This document shows, piece after piece, positions 29,356 to 40,134 of a DNA stretch of 64,000 nt (its first letter is position 1; each line of letters starts with the position of its first letter). Below the pieces are notes generated by a model. It was given only the letters and a program-made list of their open reading frames with translations. It searched no databases and was not told the origin of the DNA. Made by a program: the position numbers and the translations under genes. Origin of the DNA: Candidatus Omnitrophota bacterium (GTDB lineage Bacteria > Omnitrophota > Gorgyraeia > Gygaellales > Profunditerraquicolaceae); assembly GCA_022710715.1 (NCBI GenBank), contig JAKLGJ010000004.1, forward strand, positions 128,166-192,165, written 5' to 3'.

Positions 29356-30184
29356 AGCCGAAACCGTCTTCACGCACCTGCTCGCCTGTGACCGGGCTTC
29401 GTTGTACCTCAAGCGGCATACCCGTTTGTCCGCTGCCAGCGCGCGGCGTCTGGCTGCGGTGTTGCGCAGGCGCATAGCCGGCGAACCGCTCGACTATATT
29501 CTCGGCAGCAGCGAATTCATGGGGTTGCTTTTCCGGGTAACCCCGGATGTCCTTATTCCCCGCCAGGATACCGAAGTTCTCGTAGAAACCGTCCTGCGCC
29601 TCGCCCGCCGGTTTCACCACAATTCCCGACAGTCTTCCAGCAGGGATCCCGCACGACTCGATATTCTCGATCTCGGCACGGGCAGCGGCGCTATCGCTGT
29701 CAGCCTGGCGCATATGCTGCCGGTGAGCCGTCTGCTGGCTACCGACAGTTCCCTGCCGGCATTGCGCATCGCTCAAGAGAATGCCCGGCGGCACGCCGTC
29801 GACGGCCGCATTGAGTTCCGCCAATGCGATCTTTTTCCCGGCGGCAAGGACTGCCGGCGCCGTTTTCAGATCATCGTGAGCAATCCGCCGTATATCCCCA
29901 GCCGGACCGTTGCGACCCTGGCGCCGGAAGTGCAGGCCGAACCGCGCCGGGCTCTGGATGGCGGTCCAGACGGGCTGGCATTTTTCCGACGCATAGCGCA
30001 GAAGGCCCCTTTGTTCCTGCGGCCTGCCGGGTTGTTGATCCTGGAGATGGGTTTTGACCAGAAAGACCGGGTGCAGGAAATAGTGTTAAATCAGAAAAAA
30101 TTTCTCATCAAAGAGGTAGTTAAGGATTATAATAGTATCCAACGGGTGATGGTAGCGCAGCTGCGCGGGAGAACCAGCGCGTAG
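29348..30184 (+). CDS. prmC: Release-factor glutamine N5-methyltransferase
   Basis: SAM motif [14 protein letters not shown] and catalytic IVSNPPY. It overlaps the prfA stop. Confidence 0.85.
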   Translation: MNEAETVFTHLLACDRASLYLKRHTRLSAASARRLAAVLRRRIAGEPLDYILGSSEFMGLLFRVTPDVLIPRQDTEVLVETVLRLARRFHHNSRQSSSRDPARLDILDLGTGSGAIAVSLAHMLPVSRLLATDSSLPALRIAQENARRHAVDGRIEFRQCDLFPGGKDCRRRFQIIVSNPPYIPSRTVATLAPEVQAEPRRALDGGPDGLAFFRRIAQKAPLFLRPAGLLILEMGFDQKDRVQEIVLNQKKFLIKEVVKDYNSIQRVMVAQLRGRTSA

Positions 30185-30232
30185 AGGGGTGTTTGTCTTT
30201 ATTTAAAATCAATCTATCGGGAGTGCGGTCGC

Positions 30233-31495
30233 ATGGATAAATTAGTGATTCGCGGCGGGCAGAAGCTTAAAGGGGAAGTTACCATTTCCGGTTCCAAGAA
30301 TTCGGTATTGCCGATTCTCGCTGCGACGCTGTTGACTGACGAGAAATGCGTGATCAGGGACGTTCCGGCATTGCGGGATACCAATACGATGTTCAGGATC
30401 CTGCGCTCGCTGGGCAAGACCGTGGAACTCGAAAAAGGAGTGGTGACGGTCAGCGGGTCCAAGGAATGCGGATGGGTGGCGGATTACAAGCTGGTGTCTA
30501 CCATGCGCGCATCTTTTTGCGTGCTCGGGCCGCTGCTGGGCAAATTGAAGAAAGCCCAGGTGTCTTTACCCGGCGGCTGCGTGATCGGCGTGCGGCCGGT
30601 CGATCTGCACATTAAAGGCGTCAAGGCCCTGGGCGCGCACATCGATGTGGAAGGCGGCTATGTGATCGCCCACGCCAAGCGACTCAAAGGCGCGCATATC
30701 TATCTGGGCGGCGAGTACGGCTCTTCGGTGCTGGCTACCGGCAACGTGATGATGGCTGCCGTGTGCGCAGAGGGGAAGACCATCCTTGAATCCGCGGCCT
30801 GCGAGCCGGAAGTGGCGGATCTCGGGGATTTTTTGATCAAGATGGGAGCCAGGATCAAAGGCCACGGCACTCCGATCATTGAGATCGAAGGGGTCAAGAA
30901 ACTCCATGGCGTGGCGCATACCATTATTCCTGATCGTATCGAAGCCGGGACTTTTATGGTCGCCTCACTGATTACCGACGGCGATATTACCATCAAGAAT
31001 GTCAATCCCCGTCATCTGGGGGCGCTTCTGGACAAATTGAAAGAGGCCGGCGCGGTGATCTCGGAATCCGCGATGAGTATGCGGGTGGTGCGCAAGAAAC
31101 AGCTGCGGCCGGTCAATATCACCACGCTGCCGTATCCGGGATTTCCCACCGATATGCAGGCGCAGATCATGGCTTTGATGACCGTTACCCCGGGGATCAG
31201 CGTGATCACGGAAAAAATCTATCCGGATCGTTTCATGCATGTCGCGGAGCTCAACCGCATGGGTGCGCATATTCAGCGCGAAGGGCCGCACGCTATCGTT
31301 GAAGGGGTCAGGTATCTTTCCGGCGCTCCGGTGATGGCGTCAGACCTGCGCGCTTCCGCGTGTCTGGTGCTGGCCGGGCTGGTAGCGAAGGGCACCACCA
31401 CGATTTCCAGGATTTACCATCTGGAGCGCGGATATGAGAATATCGACACCAAGCTGCAGTCTTTGGGGGCCAAGATCTGGAGAGAGAAGGAATAA
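30233..31495 (+). CDS. murA: UDP-N-acetylglucosamine 1-carboxyvinyltransferase
   Basis: MDKLVIRGGQKLKGEVTISGSKNSVLPILAATLL with the active-site Cys in GGCVIGVRPVDLH. 420 aa. Confidence 0.95.
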   Translation: MDKLVIRGGQKLKGEVTISGSKNSVLPILAATLLTDEKCVIRDVPALRDTNTMFRILRSLGKTVELEKGVVTVSGSKECGWVADYKLVSTMRASFCVLGPLLGKLKKAQVSLPGGCVIGVRPVDLHIKGVKALGAHIDVEGGYVIAHAKRLKGAHIYLGGEYGSSVLATGNVMMAAVCAEGKTILESAACEPEVADLGDFLIKMGARIKGHGTPIIEIEGVKKLHGVAHTIIPDRIEAGTFMVASLITDGDITIKNVNPRHLGALLDKLKEAGAVISESAMSMRVVRKKQLRPVNITTLPYPGFPTDMQAQIMALMTVTPGISVITEKIYPDRFMHVAELNRMGAHIQREGPHAIVEGVRYLSGAPVMASDLRASACLVLAGLVAKGTTTISRIYHLERGYENIDTKLQSLGAKIWREKE

Positions 31496-31498
31496 TCC

Positions 31499-32062
31499 AT
31501 GATCCTGATGATCGACAATTACGATTCATTTACCTATAACCTGGTGCAGTATCTCGGCGAGCTGGGAGCGCAGGTCAAGGTGGCGCGCAACGACGTTATT
31601 GACGGCGAAGGTATCGCCCGTTTGAAACCGGAGAAGATCATTATCTCCCCGGGGCCGGGAGGGCCGGCGGATGCCGGTATTTCCTGCGAGGCGATCCGTC
31701 GGTTTGCCGGTACCGTCCCGCTGCTGGGGGTATGTCTCGGCCATCAATGCATCGGCGCGGTGTTCGGGGGGAAAGTGGTCAGAGCGAAACATCTGATGCA
31801 CGGCAAAACCTCCGCTATTTTCCATAACGGCCGTTCGCTCTTCGCGGGATTGAGCAATCCATTCGCGGCTACGCGGTATCATTCGCTGCTGGTGGAGCGG
31901 GCGAGTTTTCCCGCCTGCCTGGAGATAACCGCCTGGACCCGCCAGCGGGAGATTATGGGGTTGAAGCATCGTCGTCTGCCGGTGTGGGGGGTGCAGTTCC
32001 ATCCGGAATCGATCCTGACCGTGGAAGGCAAAAAGCTGTTAGCTAATTTTATCAGACTATGA
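31499..32062 (+). CDS. trpG: Anthranilate synthase component II / type 1 glutamine amidotransferase
   Basis: [23 protein letters not shown], the catalytic GVCLGHQ and the HPES motif. 187 aa. Confidence 0.85.
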   Translation: MILMIDNYDSFTYNLVQYLGELGAQVKVARNDVIDGEGIARLKPEKIIISPGPGGPADAGISCEAIRRFAGTVPLLGVCLGHQCIGAVFGGKVVRAKHLMHGKTSAIFHNGRSLFAGLSNPFAATRYHSLLVERASFPACLEITAWTRQREIMGLKHRRLPVWGVQFHPESILTVEGKKLLANFIRL

Positions 32063-33069
32063 TCCAGACTTTGACCGCGAAACTGCAACGCCGGGAGAAT
32101 CTGACCGCAGAAGAGATGACTGCCGCCATGCAACAGATCATGAGCGGCGCAGCCCAGACTGCCGATATCGTGGCTTTTCTCCAGTCTTTAAGCGCCAAGG
32201 GCGAGACGATCGATGAAATTGCCGCTGCGGCGCGGGTGATGCGCAGTTTCGCTTTGCCGTTGAAAACGTCCCGGGAGATCATTCTGGATACCTGCGGCAC
32301 GGGAGGAGATCGCAAGGGGACGTTCAATATTTCCACCGCCGTCGCTTTCGTGGTGGCGGGCTGCGGCGTGGCGGTCGCCAAGCACGGCAACCGGTCCGTT
32401 ACCAGCCAGTGCGGCAGCGCGGATATCCTGGAGGCGGTGGGGATCGCCATTCAGATGCCGGTCGAGAAGATCGAGCGGTGTCTGGAGGAAGTGGGGATCG
32501 CTTTTTTATTCGCCCAGCAATTTCATCCGGCGATGAAACATGCCATGCCCGCGCGTAAACAGATCGGGACGCGGACGATTTTCAATATCCTTGGTCCTCT
32601 GTGCAATCCCGCGAAGGCCACGCATCAACTGATCGGCGTGTTCGATCGCGCTTTGCCCCGGACGATTGCCGGCGTGCTGGGGCAGCTCGGCACCAGCCAC
32701 GCCGTGGTGGTGCACGGCCACGACGGTCTCGACGAGGTCAGTCTTACCGACAAGACGCACATCGCGGAATTCCGCGGAGGCGTTGTTTCGGAATACGAGA
32801 TCGCTCCCGAAGAGTTTGGGTTCAAACGCGCGCAGATGGACGATCTGGCGGGGGGGGACGTTTCCGAAAATCTTCAGATCCTGCTGGAAGTGCTTAACGG
32901 CCGCGCCGGCGTGCGACGGAATATGGTTGTGTTGAACGCCGCGGCAGCGCTGTATGCCGCCGATAAGACCGCGTCGATACAGGAGGGGATCCCTCTGGCC
33001 CAGGATTCTCTGGATTCGGGACGGGCACTCAAAAAACTCGCCGTGCTTAAAGAATTCTCACGGCACTAA
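32059..33069 (+). CDS. trpD: Anthranilate phosphoribosyltransferase
   Basis: DTCGTGGD and [18 protein letters not shown] motifs. Confidence 0.9.
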   Translation: MIQTLTAKLQRRENLTAEEMTAAMQQIMSGAAQTADIVAFLQSLSAKGETIDEIAAAARVMRSFALPLKTSREIILDTCGTGGDRKGTFNISTAVAFVVAGCGVAVAKHGNRSVTSQCGSADILEAVGIAIQMPVEKIERCLEEVGIAFLFAQQFHPAMKHAMPARKQIGTRTIFNILGPLCNPAKATHQLIGVFDRALPRTIAGVLGQLGTSHAVVVHGHDGLDEVSLTDKTHIAEFRGGVVSEYEIAPEEFGFKRAQMDDLAGGDVSENLQILLEVLNGRAGVRRNMVVLNAAAALYAADKTASIQEGIPLAQDSLDSGRALKKLAVLKEFSRH

Positions 33070-33085
33070 AGGACTTCCGACACCC

Positions 33086-33943
33086 ATGGGAAAGACCGAT
33101 ACGTTAAAAGAAATCATTGCCAGGAAGAAAGAGCGGATCGCGCAGGCGCAGCAGTCATTGCCGGAGGCAGAGCTTATTGCCCGGCTGACGGGTCTGCCGC
33201 CGACCCGGCCGTTCCTGCAGGCGGTGAACAGGCCGCGGCAGATCTCTCTGATCGCCGAGATCAAAAAACAATCCCCTTCGCAGGGGCTTTTGCGCGAAGC
33301 GTTCAATCCCGCGGCGATCGCTGCGGTGTATCAGCAGGCAGGGGCGCAGGCCGTGTCCGTGCTGACCGAGGAAGACTTTTTCGCCGGCGCGCCCGGTTTC
33401 ATCAACGAGGTCAAGCAGGCGGTCGCGCTGCCGGTGTTGCGCAAGGATTTCATCCTTGAGCCATATCAGGTGTATGAGTCGCGTCTGATCGGCGCCGACG
33501 CGATTTTGCTTATCGCGGATATACTTTCCAAAGAGACGCTGATGGATCTGATCAGGCGCGCGGATGCGCTGGGCATGGACTGTCTGGTTGAAGTACATGA
33601 TGAGAAAGAGCTCAAGAAAGTTCTGGGGTTGAAGATCATGCCCGAACCGCCGCAGCCGGATGCGCTCAAGGTATCGTCCAGGAAGGCCGCCCGGAAAACG
33701 ATTGAATTCATGCTCGGGATCAATAACCGCAATCTGCGTACGCTTGAAGTGGACCTGAAGACCACGGAGCGGTTGTATCCGCTGGTTCCCAAGGACAGGG
33801 TGGTGGTGGTGGAAAGCGGGATCAAACAGTATCAGGACGTGTTGTTCCTTAAAGTACTGGGCGTTAACGCTATTCTTGTCGGAGAAGTGCTGATGCGCTC
33901 TGCGGATGTACAGTCGCAGATCCTTGACCTCATGGGCTGGTAA
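33086..33943 (+). CDS. trpC: Indole-3-glycerol phosphate synthase
   Basis: IAEIKKQSPSQG, LRKDFI, GINNRNL and VESGI motifs. Start ATG 33086 is inside ORF 32954. Confidence 0.85.
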   Translation: MGKTDTLKEIIARKKERIAQAQQSLPEAELIARLTGLPPTRPFLQAVNRPRQISLIAEIKKQSPSQGLLREAFNPAAIAAVYQQAGAQAVSVLTEEDFFAGAPGFINEVKQAVALPVLRKDFILEPYQVYESRLIGADAILLIADILSKETLMDLIRRADALGMDCLVEVHDEKELKKVLGLKIMPEPPQPDALKVSSRKAARKTIEFMLGINNRNLRTLEVDLKTTERLYPLVPKDRVVVVESGIKQYQDVLFLKVLGVNAILVGEVLMRSADVQSQILDLMGW

Positions 33944-33944
33944 G

Positions 33945-34574
33945 GTGCGGACAAAGATCAAGATATGCGGGATCACTACCCGTGCCGATGTCGGGCAGGC
34001 AATTGCCTGCGGGTGTGACGCGGTAGGGTTCGTTTTTTATAAGCGCAGCCCCCGGTATGTCAGCCCGCGAGCTGCAGCAGCGATAATCGCCGCTGTGCCC
34101 GCAGGAGTGGAACGGGTCGGCGTATTCGTGAATGCCCGGGAGCGCACCGTGCGGCAGGTCGCCCGGAGATGCGGGTTGACCATGGTGCAGTTTCACGGCG
34201 ACGAGTCGCCGGCATTCTGCCGGCGATTCAGGGGATGGCGGATAATAAAGGCGCTGCGGGTCAGAAGCGCCGGCGATATCTCCCAGGCCTCCCGTTACCG
34301 GACATCCGCCGTGCTCTTCGACACTTTCAGCGCGGACGGTTTCGGCGGCACCGGCAGGCGGTTCGACTGGAACCTGCTGCGCCGGGCGAATGTGCGCCAG
34401 ACGGTTTTTTTGTCCGGGGGATTGACGCCTGCAACCGTGGCCGGCGCTGTCCGGTTGGTGAAACCTGCCTGGGTGGACGTGTCCAGCGGTGTGGAGCGCA
34501 GTCCCGGGCGCAAGGATGCGCGTAAAATACGCGCATTTGTCCGTGCGGTGAAACGCGCCGAAAAGCATGATTAA
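33945..34574 (+). CDS. trpF: Phosphoribosylanthranilate isomerase
   Basis: IKICGITTRADVGQAIACGCDAVGFVF and QFHGDES. The likely start is GTG 33945, just after the trpC stop; the table ORF begins at 33906. Confidence 0.8.
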   Translation: MRTKIKICGITTRADVGQAIACGCDAVGFVFYKRSPRYVSPRAAAAIIAAVPAGVERVGVFVNARERTVRQVARRCGLTMVQFHGDESPAFCRRFRGWRIIKALRVRSAGDISQASRYRTSAVLFDTFSADGFGGTGRRFDWNLLRRANVRQTVFLSGGLTPATVAGAVRLVKPAWVDVSSGVERSPGRKDARKIRAFVRAVKRAEKHD

Positions 34575-35121
34575 AAACGGAGGAGCAATGATGAGGGGAC
34601 GGATTAAGCGGCTTGTGGCGCTCTGCAGCGTGTGTATCCTCGCCGGCAGCGTTCATGTCCACGCGCAGCAGGTGAGAACGTATACCAACAAGAATCTGCA
34701 TTTCAAGCTTCAGTATCCGGCGGATTTTCAAGTCAAGACTATCAACGGCGCGATTATTCTCTCTTCTCCCCTGAAGAGCCAGAAAGACACCTTTGCCGAA
34801 AGCGTCAACATTGTTACGCTGGGCGCAGATCGGGGCGTCAATAATCTCAAGGATTTCTATGGTCAGGCCAGGAAGAGCATGCAGGAAACCATGCTTAAGG
34901 TGAAGATCATCGAGGATAAGAAGATAACCCTGGGCGGAAAAGAGGCGTATCTGCTGGTCTATACCTCTCTGCGCAAGAAAACCACTTTTAAATTCATGCA
35001 GGTTATGACCATGAACGATAGACTGGTGTATGTAGTGACCTATACCGCTTTGCCGGAAACCTATGAAGAGTATCTGCGTCCGGTTAAAGCCATGCTGAAT
35101 TCGTTCGCCTTCGTTAAATAA
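34567..35121 (+). CDS. Secreted protein, PsbP/DcrB (DUF1795)-like fold candidate
   Basis: Signal peptide RIKRLVALCSVCILAGSVHVHAQQ, then a ~150 aa domain whose conserved hydrophobic pattern (QYPADF..., MQVMT..., YVVTYTA) resembles PsbP-like periplasmic proteins. The family assignment is tentative. Confidence 0.45.
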   Translation: MIKNGGAMMRGRIKRLVALCSVCILAGSVHVHAQQVRTYTNKNLHFKLQYPADFQVKTINGAIILSSPLKSQKDTFAESVNIVTLGADRGVNNLKDFYGQARKSMQETMLKVKIIEDKKITLGGKEAYLLVYTSLRKKTTFKFMQVMTMNDRLVYVVTYTALPETYEEYLRPVKAMLNSFAFVK

Positions 35122-35135
35122 AGGGGGTAGTAGTA

Positions 35136-36485
35136 ATGGCGCTATCAGGTTTAGACATCTATAAGCTTTTACCCAAGACGAACTGTAAGGCCTGCGGTTT
35201 CCCCACCTGCCTGGCTTTTGCCATGCAACTGGCCAAGAAGGCGGTCAGCATCGATGCCTGTCCTTCGGTAAGCAAGGAAACTAAAGCGGCGCTGGAAGCG
35301 GCAGCCCAGCCGCCGATACGGCTGGTCAGCGTCGGCCGCCCGGAAAAGCCGCTGGACATGGGCAATGAAACAGTGCTCTTCCGGCACGAAGAGAAATTCC
35401 GTAATCCCTGCGGTCTGGGGTTCGTTATCGACGACAGTTTGTCCGACGATGAGATAACCGTCCGGGTGCAGAAGATCAACCAGCTGAAATTCGAGCGCGT
35501 GGGGCAGGAATTGCAGGTCAACGCCGTGGCGGTCAAGCAGACCGGTAACGCCGAACGTTTCGTGGAAGCGGTGAGACTGGTCGGCGCCCGGACGCAACTG
35601 GCGATCGTGTTGATGAGTCAGGATGCGCAGGCGCTTGCGGGCGCTCTGCCGCTGCTTAAAGATACCAAACCCGTGGTTTTTTCGGTGACCGGCGCGTCCG
35701 TCGATTCGCTGCTGCCGGCGATCGCGCCGTTCAAGCCGGCGGTAGTGGTATCCGCTTCCGACCTGCAGGGAGTTGCCGCGTTGACGCAGCAGCTGACCCG
35801 GCAGGGGATACAGGACATTCTTCTGGACACCGGCGCCAAGCCGTGCGCGCAGAAACTCTGGGATCTTACGCAGATCCGCAGGCTGGCTTTGAGGAAATCC
35901 GAGCGAAGTCTGGGTTTCCCGTCTATCGTCGTGGTGGATGAGCAGGATCCGGCTGCGGAAGCCCTGCAGGCAGCCACGTACATACTCAAATACGCCGGTC
36001 TGGTGCTGGTGAGAAGCATAGAGAACTGGCAATCCTACGCATTATTAACGCTGCGCCAGAACATTTACAGCGATCCGCAAAAACCGTTGCAGATCGAGCC
36101 GAAATTGTACGAGATCGGAACAGTGACCAGAGAATCCCCGGTCCTGGTGACCACTAATTTTTCCTTGAGCTACTATACGGTACTGGGAGAGGTGGAAGCC
36201 AGCAAGATCCCCGTGTATATTTTGAGCGTGGATACCGAAGGCATGTCGGTTCTGACCGCGTGGGCAGCCGAAAAATTCACCCCGGAGCGCATCACCCAGA
36301 CATTGCAGAAAATGGCTGTGCGCGACAAAGCGCAGAAGAGCGCTCTGGTTATCCCCGGGTACGTCGCGGTGATGAGCGGCGATCTCGAGGATCAGAGCAA
36401 ATGGGATATCATCGTGGGGCCGAAGGAAGCTTCGGGCATCCCGGCATTCCTGAAAACGTTGGGACATGGCAAAGCTAACCGTTAA
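35136..36485 (+). CDS. acsC: Corrinoid iron-sulfur protein large subunit (CODH/ACS gamma subunit)
   Basis: N-terminal Fe-S site MALSGLDIYKLLPKTNCKACGFPTCLAFAMQLA, and close co-linearity with Moorella AcsC (ETVLFRHEEKF, DLTQIRRLALRK, TNFSLSYYTVLGEVEASKIPVYILSVDTEGMSVLTAWA). Confidence 0.9.
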   Translation: MALSGLDIYKLLPKTNCKACGFPTCLAFAMQLAKKAVSIDACPSVSKETKAALEAAAQPPIRLVSVGRPEKPLDMGNETVLFRHEEKFRNPCGLGFVIDDSLSDDEITVRVQKINQLKFERVGQELQVNAVAVKQTGNAERFVEAVRLVGARTQLAIVLMSQDAQALAGALPLLKDTKPVVFSVTGASVDSLLPAIAPFKPAVVVSASDLQGVAALTQQLTRQGIQDILLDTGAKPCAQKLWDLTQIRRLALRKSERSLGFPSIVVVDEQDPAAEALQAATYILKYAGLVLVRSIENWQSYALLTLRQNIYSDPQKPLQIEPKLYEIGTVTRESPVLVTTNFSLSYYTVLGEVEASKIPVYILSVDTEGMSVLTAWAAEKFTPERITQTLQKMAVRDKAQKSALVIPGYVAVMSGDLEDQSKWDIIVGPKEASGIPAFLKTLGHGKANR

Positions 36486-38391
36486 GTTCATACCTGATAA
36501 TAAGACCGTCGAGGTCGAAAAGGACCGGACCATCGCTTCGGCCGCCCTTTCCGCCGGCGTGCCGTTGAACGCCGCCTGCGGGGGGGACGGCGTTTGCGGC
36601 CGATGCAGGGTGCTGGTACGCAAAGGCCAGGTCGGCGCGCTGGCTACCGGCAGGATGAGCCTGGCAGATATGCGTAAAGGTTTGTATCTGGCTTGCCAGA
36701 CTACGGTGCAGAGCGATCTGGAAGTCGAGGTCCCGGCGGAGTCCCGCCTGGATATGGACCGGCTGTCCGCCGAAGAGATCGACCGGCGCTTGAAGGGTTT
36801 TTACGGCCCGTCCGAAGATGTGCAGTCGTTGGAAGCGGCCGCGCCGGTCAAACCGGCTTTCACCGGCTCTGCGTTGACCGAGAAACTGTACCTGGAATTG
36901 CCGCCTCCGACGTTGCAGGATTGTATCAGCGATCTGGAGCGTCTCTATCGACAGATCCAGGCGCAGAAAGACTATATCCCGGAGCACGCGGGGTTGGCGG
37001 CTATCCGTCTCCTGGGAGAACTCCTGCGCTCTGCGCAGTGGAAAGTCACCGCCACCGTGGGCAAGCGCTATGGCATCATCGAATTGCTGGACGTTGAGCC
37101 GGGGGATACTGCGTCCCGGAATTTCGGTCTGGTATTCGATATCGGCACGACCACGGTTTCCGGCCAGCTGGTGGATCTGCAATCCGCCCGGGTTCTGGGC
37201 ACCAGAGCTACCTATAACAAGCAGGCCAGCTTCGGCAGCGATGTGATCACCCGCATTATGTACGCGCAGAAGGAGGAAGGGTTAGAGAAGCTGCATCAGG
37301 CGGTCGTTGAGAGCATGAATGCCATCACCCATGATCTGGCTGCCGAAAACAGTATCGATCTCAACGATGTCACCTGCGTGGTCTGCGCCGGCAACACCAC
37401 CATGATACATTTGCTCCTGCGCATCGATCCGACCTATATCCGCCGGGAACCGTATGTTGCCACCGCTAATTTTATTCCTGTGGCGCGCGCGCATGAAGCC
37501 GGAATCCTGGTTAATCCCCGGGCGCTGCTGTTTTGCCTGCCGGGCGTGGCCAGTTACGTGGGAGGAGATGTTACCGCCGGAGTGCTGGCGTGCGGGCTGG
37601 ATACAGCGGACGATGTCAACATCCTGATCGATATCGGGACGAACGGCGAAGTGGTCGTGGGTAATAAAGAATTTCTGGTCTGCGCGGCAGCTTCCGCCGG
37701 CCCGGCGTTCGAAGGGTCCGGGGTAAGCTGCGGAATGCGCTCGAGTATCGGGGCGATACAGAAAGTCACCATCGATCCGAAAGCATTCGCGGTGCGGTAT
37801 GAAACTATCGGGTCGGCTCCTGCCCGCGGTATCTGCGGCTCCGGGTACATCGACTGTATTGCGGCGATGCTTACCTGCGGGTTGCTGGATAAAGACGGTA
37901 AGATAAAAGCCATCGATAATCCCCGGATCCGCGCGACGGGCGCCGGCAGGGAATTCGTTCTGGCGGCGGCAGGAGAAAACGGTTGTCAGGCGGATATCGT
38001 GATCACCGAAGCGGATATCGATAATATCAAACGGGCCAAAGCGGCGATCTATGCGGCCGTCGTAAGTCTGCTGAAACATATTTCGCTCGATTTCCCCGCG
38101 ATAAAGCGGATTTTTATCGCCGGAGGGTTCGGAACGTCGCTGGATATCGCCAGCGCTATCACCATCGGATTGCTTCCCGCTTTGAAGAAAGAAACATTCG
38201 TTTTTGTGGGCAACAGCTCCCTTACCGGGGCCAGGAATACGATCCTGTCCGAAGAGGCCTGCGCGACGGCGGATGAGATTGCCCACAAGATGACGTACTG
38301 CGAACTTTCCGTTGAGCCGGGATATATGGAAGAATATATGGCGGCGTTGTTCTTTCCCCATACGGATATAGCGCGTTTCGGGAAGAAATAG
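36466..38391 (+). CDS. Corrinoid activation/regeneration protein (RACo-type; 2Fe-2S ferredoxin domain plus ASKHA ATPase domain)
   Basis: N-terminal plant-type ferredoxin motif CGGDGVCGRCRV and a C-terminal ASKHA-like domain. At 641 aa it sits exactly where orf7/RACo lies in the Moorella acs operon. Confidence 0.8.
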   Translation: MAKLTVKFIPDNKTVEVEKDRTIASAALSAGVPLNAACGGDGVCGRCRVLVRKGQVGALATGRMSLADMRKGLYLACQTTVQSDLEVEVPAESRLDMDRLSAEEIDRRLKGFYGPSEDVQSLEAAAPVKPAFTGSALTEKLYLELPPPTLQDCISDLERLYRQIQAQKDYIPEHAGLAAIRLLGELLRSAQWKVTATVGKRYGIIELLDVEPGDTASRNFGLVFDIGTTTVSGQLVDLQSARVLGTRATYNKQASFGSDVITRIMYAQKEEGLEKLHQAVVESMNAITHDLAAENSIDLNDVTCVVCAGNTTMIHLLLRIDPTYIRREPYVATANFIPVARAHEAGILVNPRALLFCLPGVASYVGGDVTAGVLACGLDTADDVNILIDIGTNGEVVVGNKEFLVCAAASAGPAFEGSGVSCGMRSSIGAIQKVTIDPKAFAVRYETIGSAPARGICGSGYIDCIAAMLTCGLLDKDGKIKAIDNPRIRATGAGREFVLAAAGENGCQADIVITEADIDNIKRAKAAIYAAVVSLLKHISLDFPAIKRIFIAGGFGTSLDIASAITIGLLPALKKETFVFVGNSSLTGARNTILSEEACATADEIAHKMTYCELSVEPGYMEEYMAALFFPHTDIARFGKK

Positions 38392-38394
38392 ACT

Positions 38395-39144
38395 ATGGCA
38401 TACGTTATCGCGCTGGCAGGCAAAGGGGGTACCGGCAAGACGACTATCGCCGGGTTGATCGTCAGATTGCTGGGGGAGAGCAAACGCGGCTCCGTGCTGG
38501 CAGTGGATGCCGACCCCAACAGTAATCTCGGCGAAGTGCTGGGTGTGACGCCGCAGGAAACGATCGGCGAGATCCTTGATTTCATCGGCGCCCATCCCGA
38601 TAAAATTCCGGCGGGGATGACCAAGGACCGTTTCATCGAGTATAAAGTTCAAACTGCGGTCCAGGAGGCCAAAGGTTTCGACCTGTTGACCATGGGCAAG
38701 CCCGAAGGGCCGGGTTGTTACTGTTATGTGAACAATGTCCTGCGCAGCGTGGTCGAGCGGTTGATGCAGGAATACGATTATGTGGTCATTGACAATGAAG
38801 CGGGGCTGGAGCATCTTTCGCGCCGGACTACCCGTCGAGCCGACTGCCTGCTGGTCGTGGCGCAGCCCAGCGCGGTGTCGTTGAAAGCCGCGCAGAGGAT
38901 CAAACAGCTGGTCGGTCAGTTGCAGATAGAGACGCGCCAGTCGGTACTGTTGATCAATGCCAGCCGGGGCAGGGTTGATCCCGCGCAGGTGCGTGAAACC
39001 GGTTTGCTCCTGGCCGGGAAGCTCGCTTTCGACCAGACGCTGGCGCGCTTGAGCGCGCGCGGGTCGTCATTGACGGGTTTAAGCCGGCGATCAAAGATGA
39101 TGGCGACTCTGGAAAAAATTCTGAAAAAAACAATCGACCATTGA
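38395..39144 (+). CDS. cooC: CODH/ACS nickel-insertion accessory ATPase (CooC/AcsF, MinD/ParA family)
   Basis: Deviant Walker A box ALAGKGGTGKTTIAGL and VDADPNSNL, at 249 aa. Its place between RACo and acsD matches acsF. Confidence 0.85.
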   Translation: MAYVIALAGKGGTGKTTIAGLIVRLLGESKRGSVLAVDADPNSNLGEVLGVTPQETIGEILDFIGAHPDKIPAGMTKDRFIEYKVQTAVQEAKGFDLLTMGKPEGPGCYCYVNNVLRSVVERLMQEYDYVVIDNEAGLEHLSRRTTRRADCLLVVAQPSAVSLKAAQRIKQLVGQLQIETRQSVLLINASRGRVDPAQVRETGLLLAGKLAFDQTLARLSARGSSLTGLSRRSKMMATLEKILKKTIDH

Positions 39145-39171
39145 TCCCCCCGTTAACGAGAAGAGGTTTCT

Positions 39172-40134
39172 ATGGCAATCGAAGCGTTACTGGAGAAGTG
39201 GCAGGGAAAGATAAACAGCGTGACTATCGGGGCTACCGCCGCGGAAGGCGGAACGCGGACGCACACGGTTACCGTGGGCGGTCAGACGGCGCTGCCGTTC
39301 TTGTTCAAAGAAGGCGCTTTGCCGAACAAGCCGGTCATAGCTTTCGAGATCTGGGACTGCGCCCCGGACGACTGGCCGCCGGAACTGGCAACGGTCTACC
39401 GGGCGGATTGGTCGCATCCTCTGGAGTGGGCCGCGCGTTGCGTCAAAGAATACAAAGCCGGATTATTGAGCGTCCGGTTGCAGGGATTGCATCCTGACTG
39501 CGGGAACAAAAAGCCGGAAGAGGCGGCGGAGTTCGTCCGCGCTTTATTAAAAAAGACCGGTGTGCCGTTGATCATCACCGGTTGCGGCGACGATGACAAA
39601 GACAACATCGCATTGCCGTTGTGTTCGGAAGCAGCCAAAGGCCAGCGCTGCCTGTTCGGTTCGGCGCTGCAGGATAATTATAAAACGTTGACCGCTGCGG
39701 TGCTGGCTGACGGTCATTCGCTGATCGCGGAATCCCCGATCGATATCAATATCGCCAAACAGCTGAACATTTTGATTTCGGATATGGGGTTGAGCCCAGC
39801 GCGGCTGGTGATCAATCCGACTATCGGACCGCTGGGCTACGGCCTGGAGTATGCCTATTCGATCATGGAGCGCTGCCGTCTTGCGGCGCTGGCCGGCGAC
39901 ACGATGGTGGCCATGCCCTTTATCTGTTTCGTCGGACAGGAATCATGGAAAATAAAAGAGGCGCGGGCGAGCATCCGGGAATTCCCGCAATGGGGACCGG
40001 AGAAAGAGCGCGGGATCATCTGGGAAGCCATGACTGCCGCGGCTTTGATACAGGCCGGCGCGGATATCCTGGTCATGCGTCATCCCGTTGCCGCGCAAAA
40101 AGTCAGGGAGTATATCGACAGCCTATGTTCATAA
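39172..40134 (+). CDS. acsD: Corrinoid iron-sulfur protein small subunit (CODH/ACS delta subunit)
   Basis: Aligns with Moorella AcsD throughout (GGTRTHTVTVGG, ALPF, NKPVIAFEIWD, CKQLNILI, GYGLEYAYSIMER, GAHILLMRHP). Confidence 0.9.
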   Translation: MAIEALLEKWQGKINSVTIGATAAEGGTRTHTVTVGGQTALPFLFKEGALPNKPVIAFEIWDCAPDDWPPELATVYRADWSHPLEWAARCVKEYKAGLLSVRLQGLHPDCGNKKPEEAAEFVRALLKKTGVPLIITGCGDDDKDNIALPLCSEAAKGQRCLFGSALQDNYKTLTAAVLADGHSLIAESPIDINIAKQLNILISDMGLSPARLVINPTIGPLGYGLEYAYSIMERCRLAALAGDTMVAMPFICFVGQESWKIKEARASIREFPQWGPEKERGIIWEAMTAAALIQAGADILVMRHPVAAQKVREYIDSLCS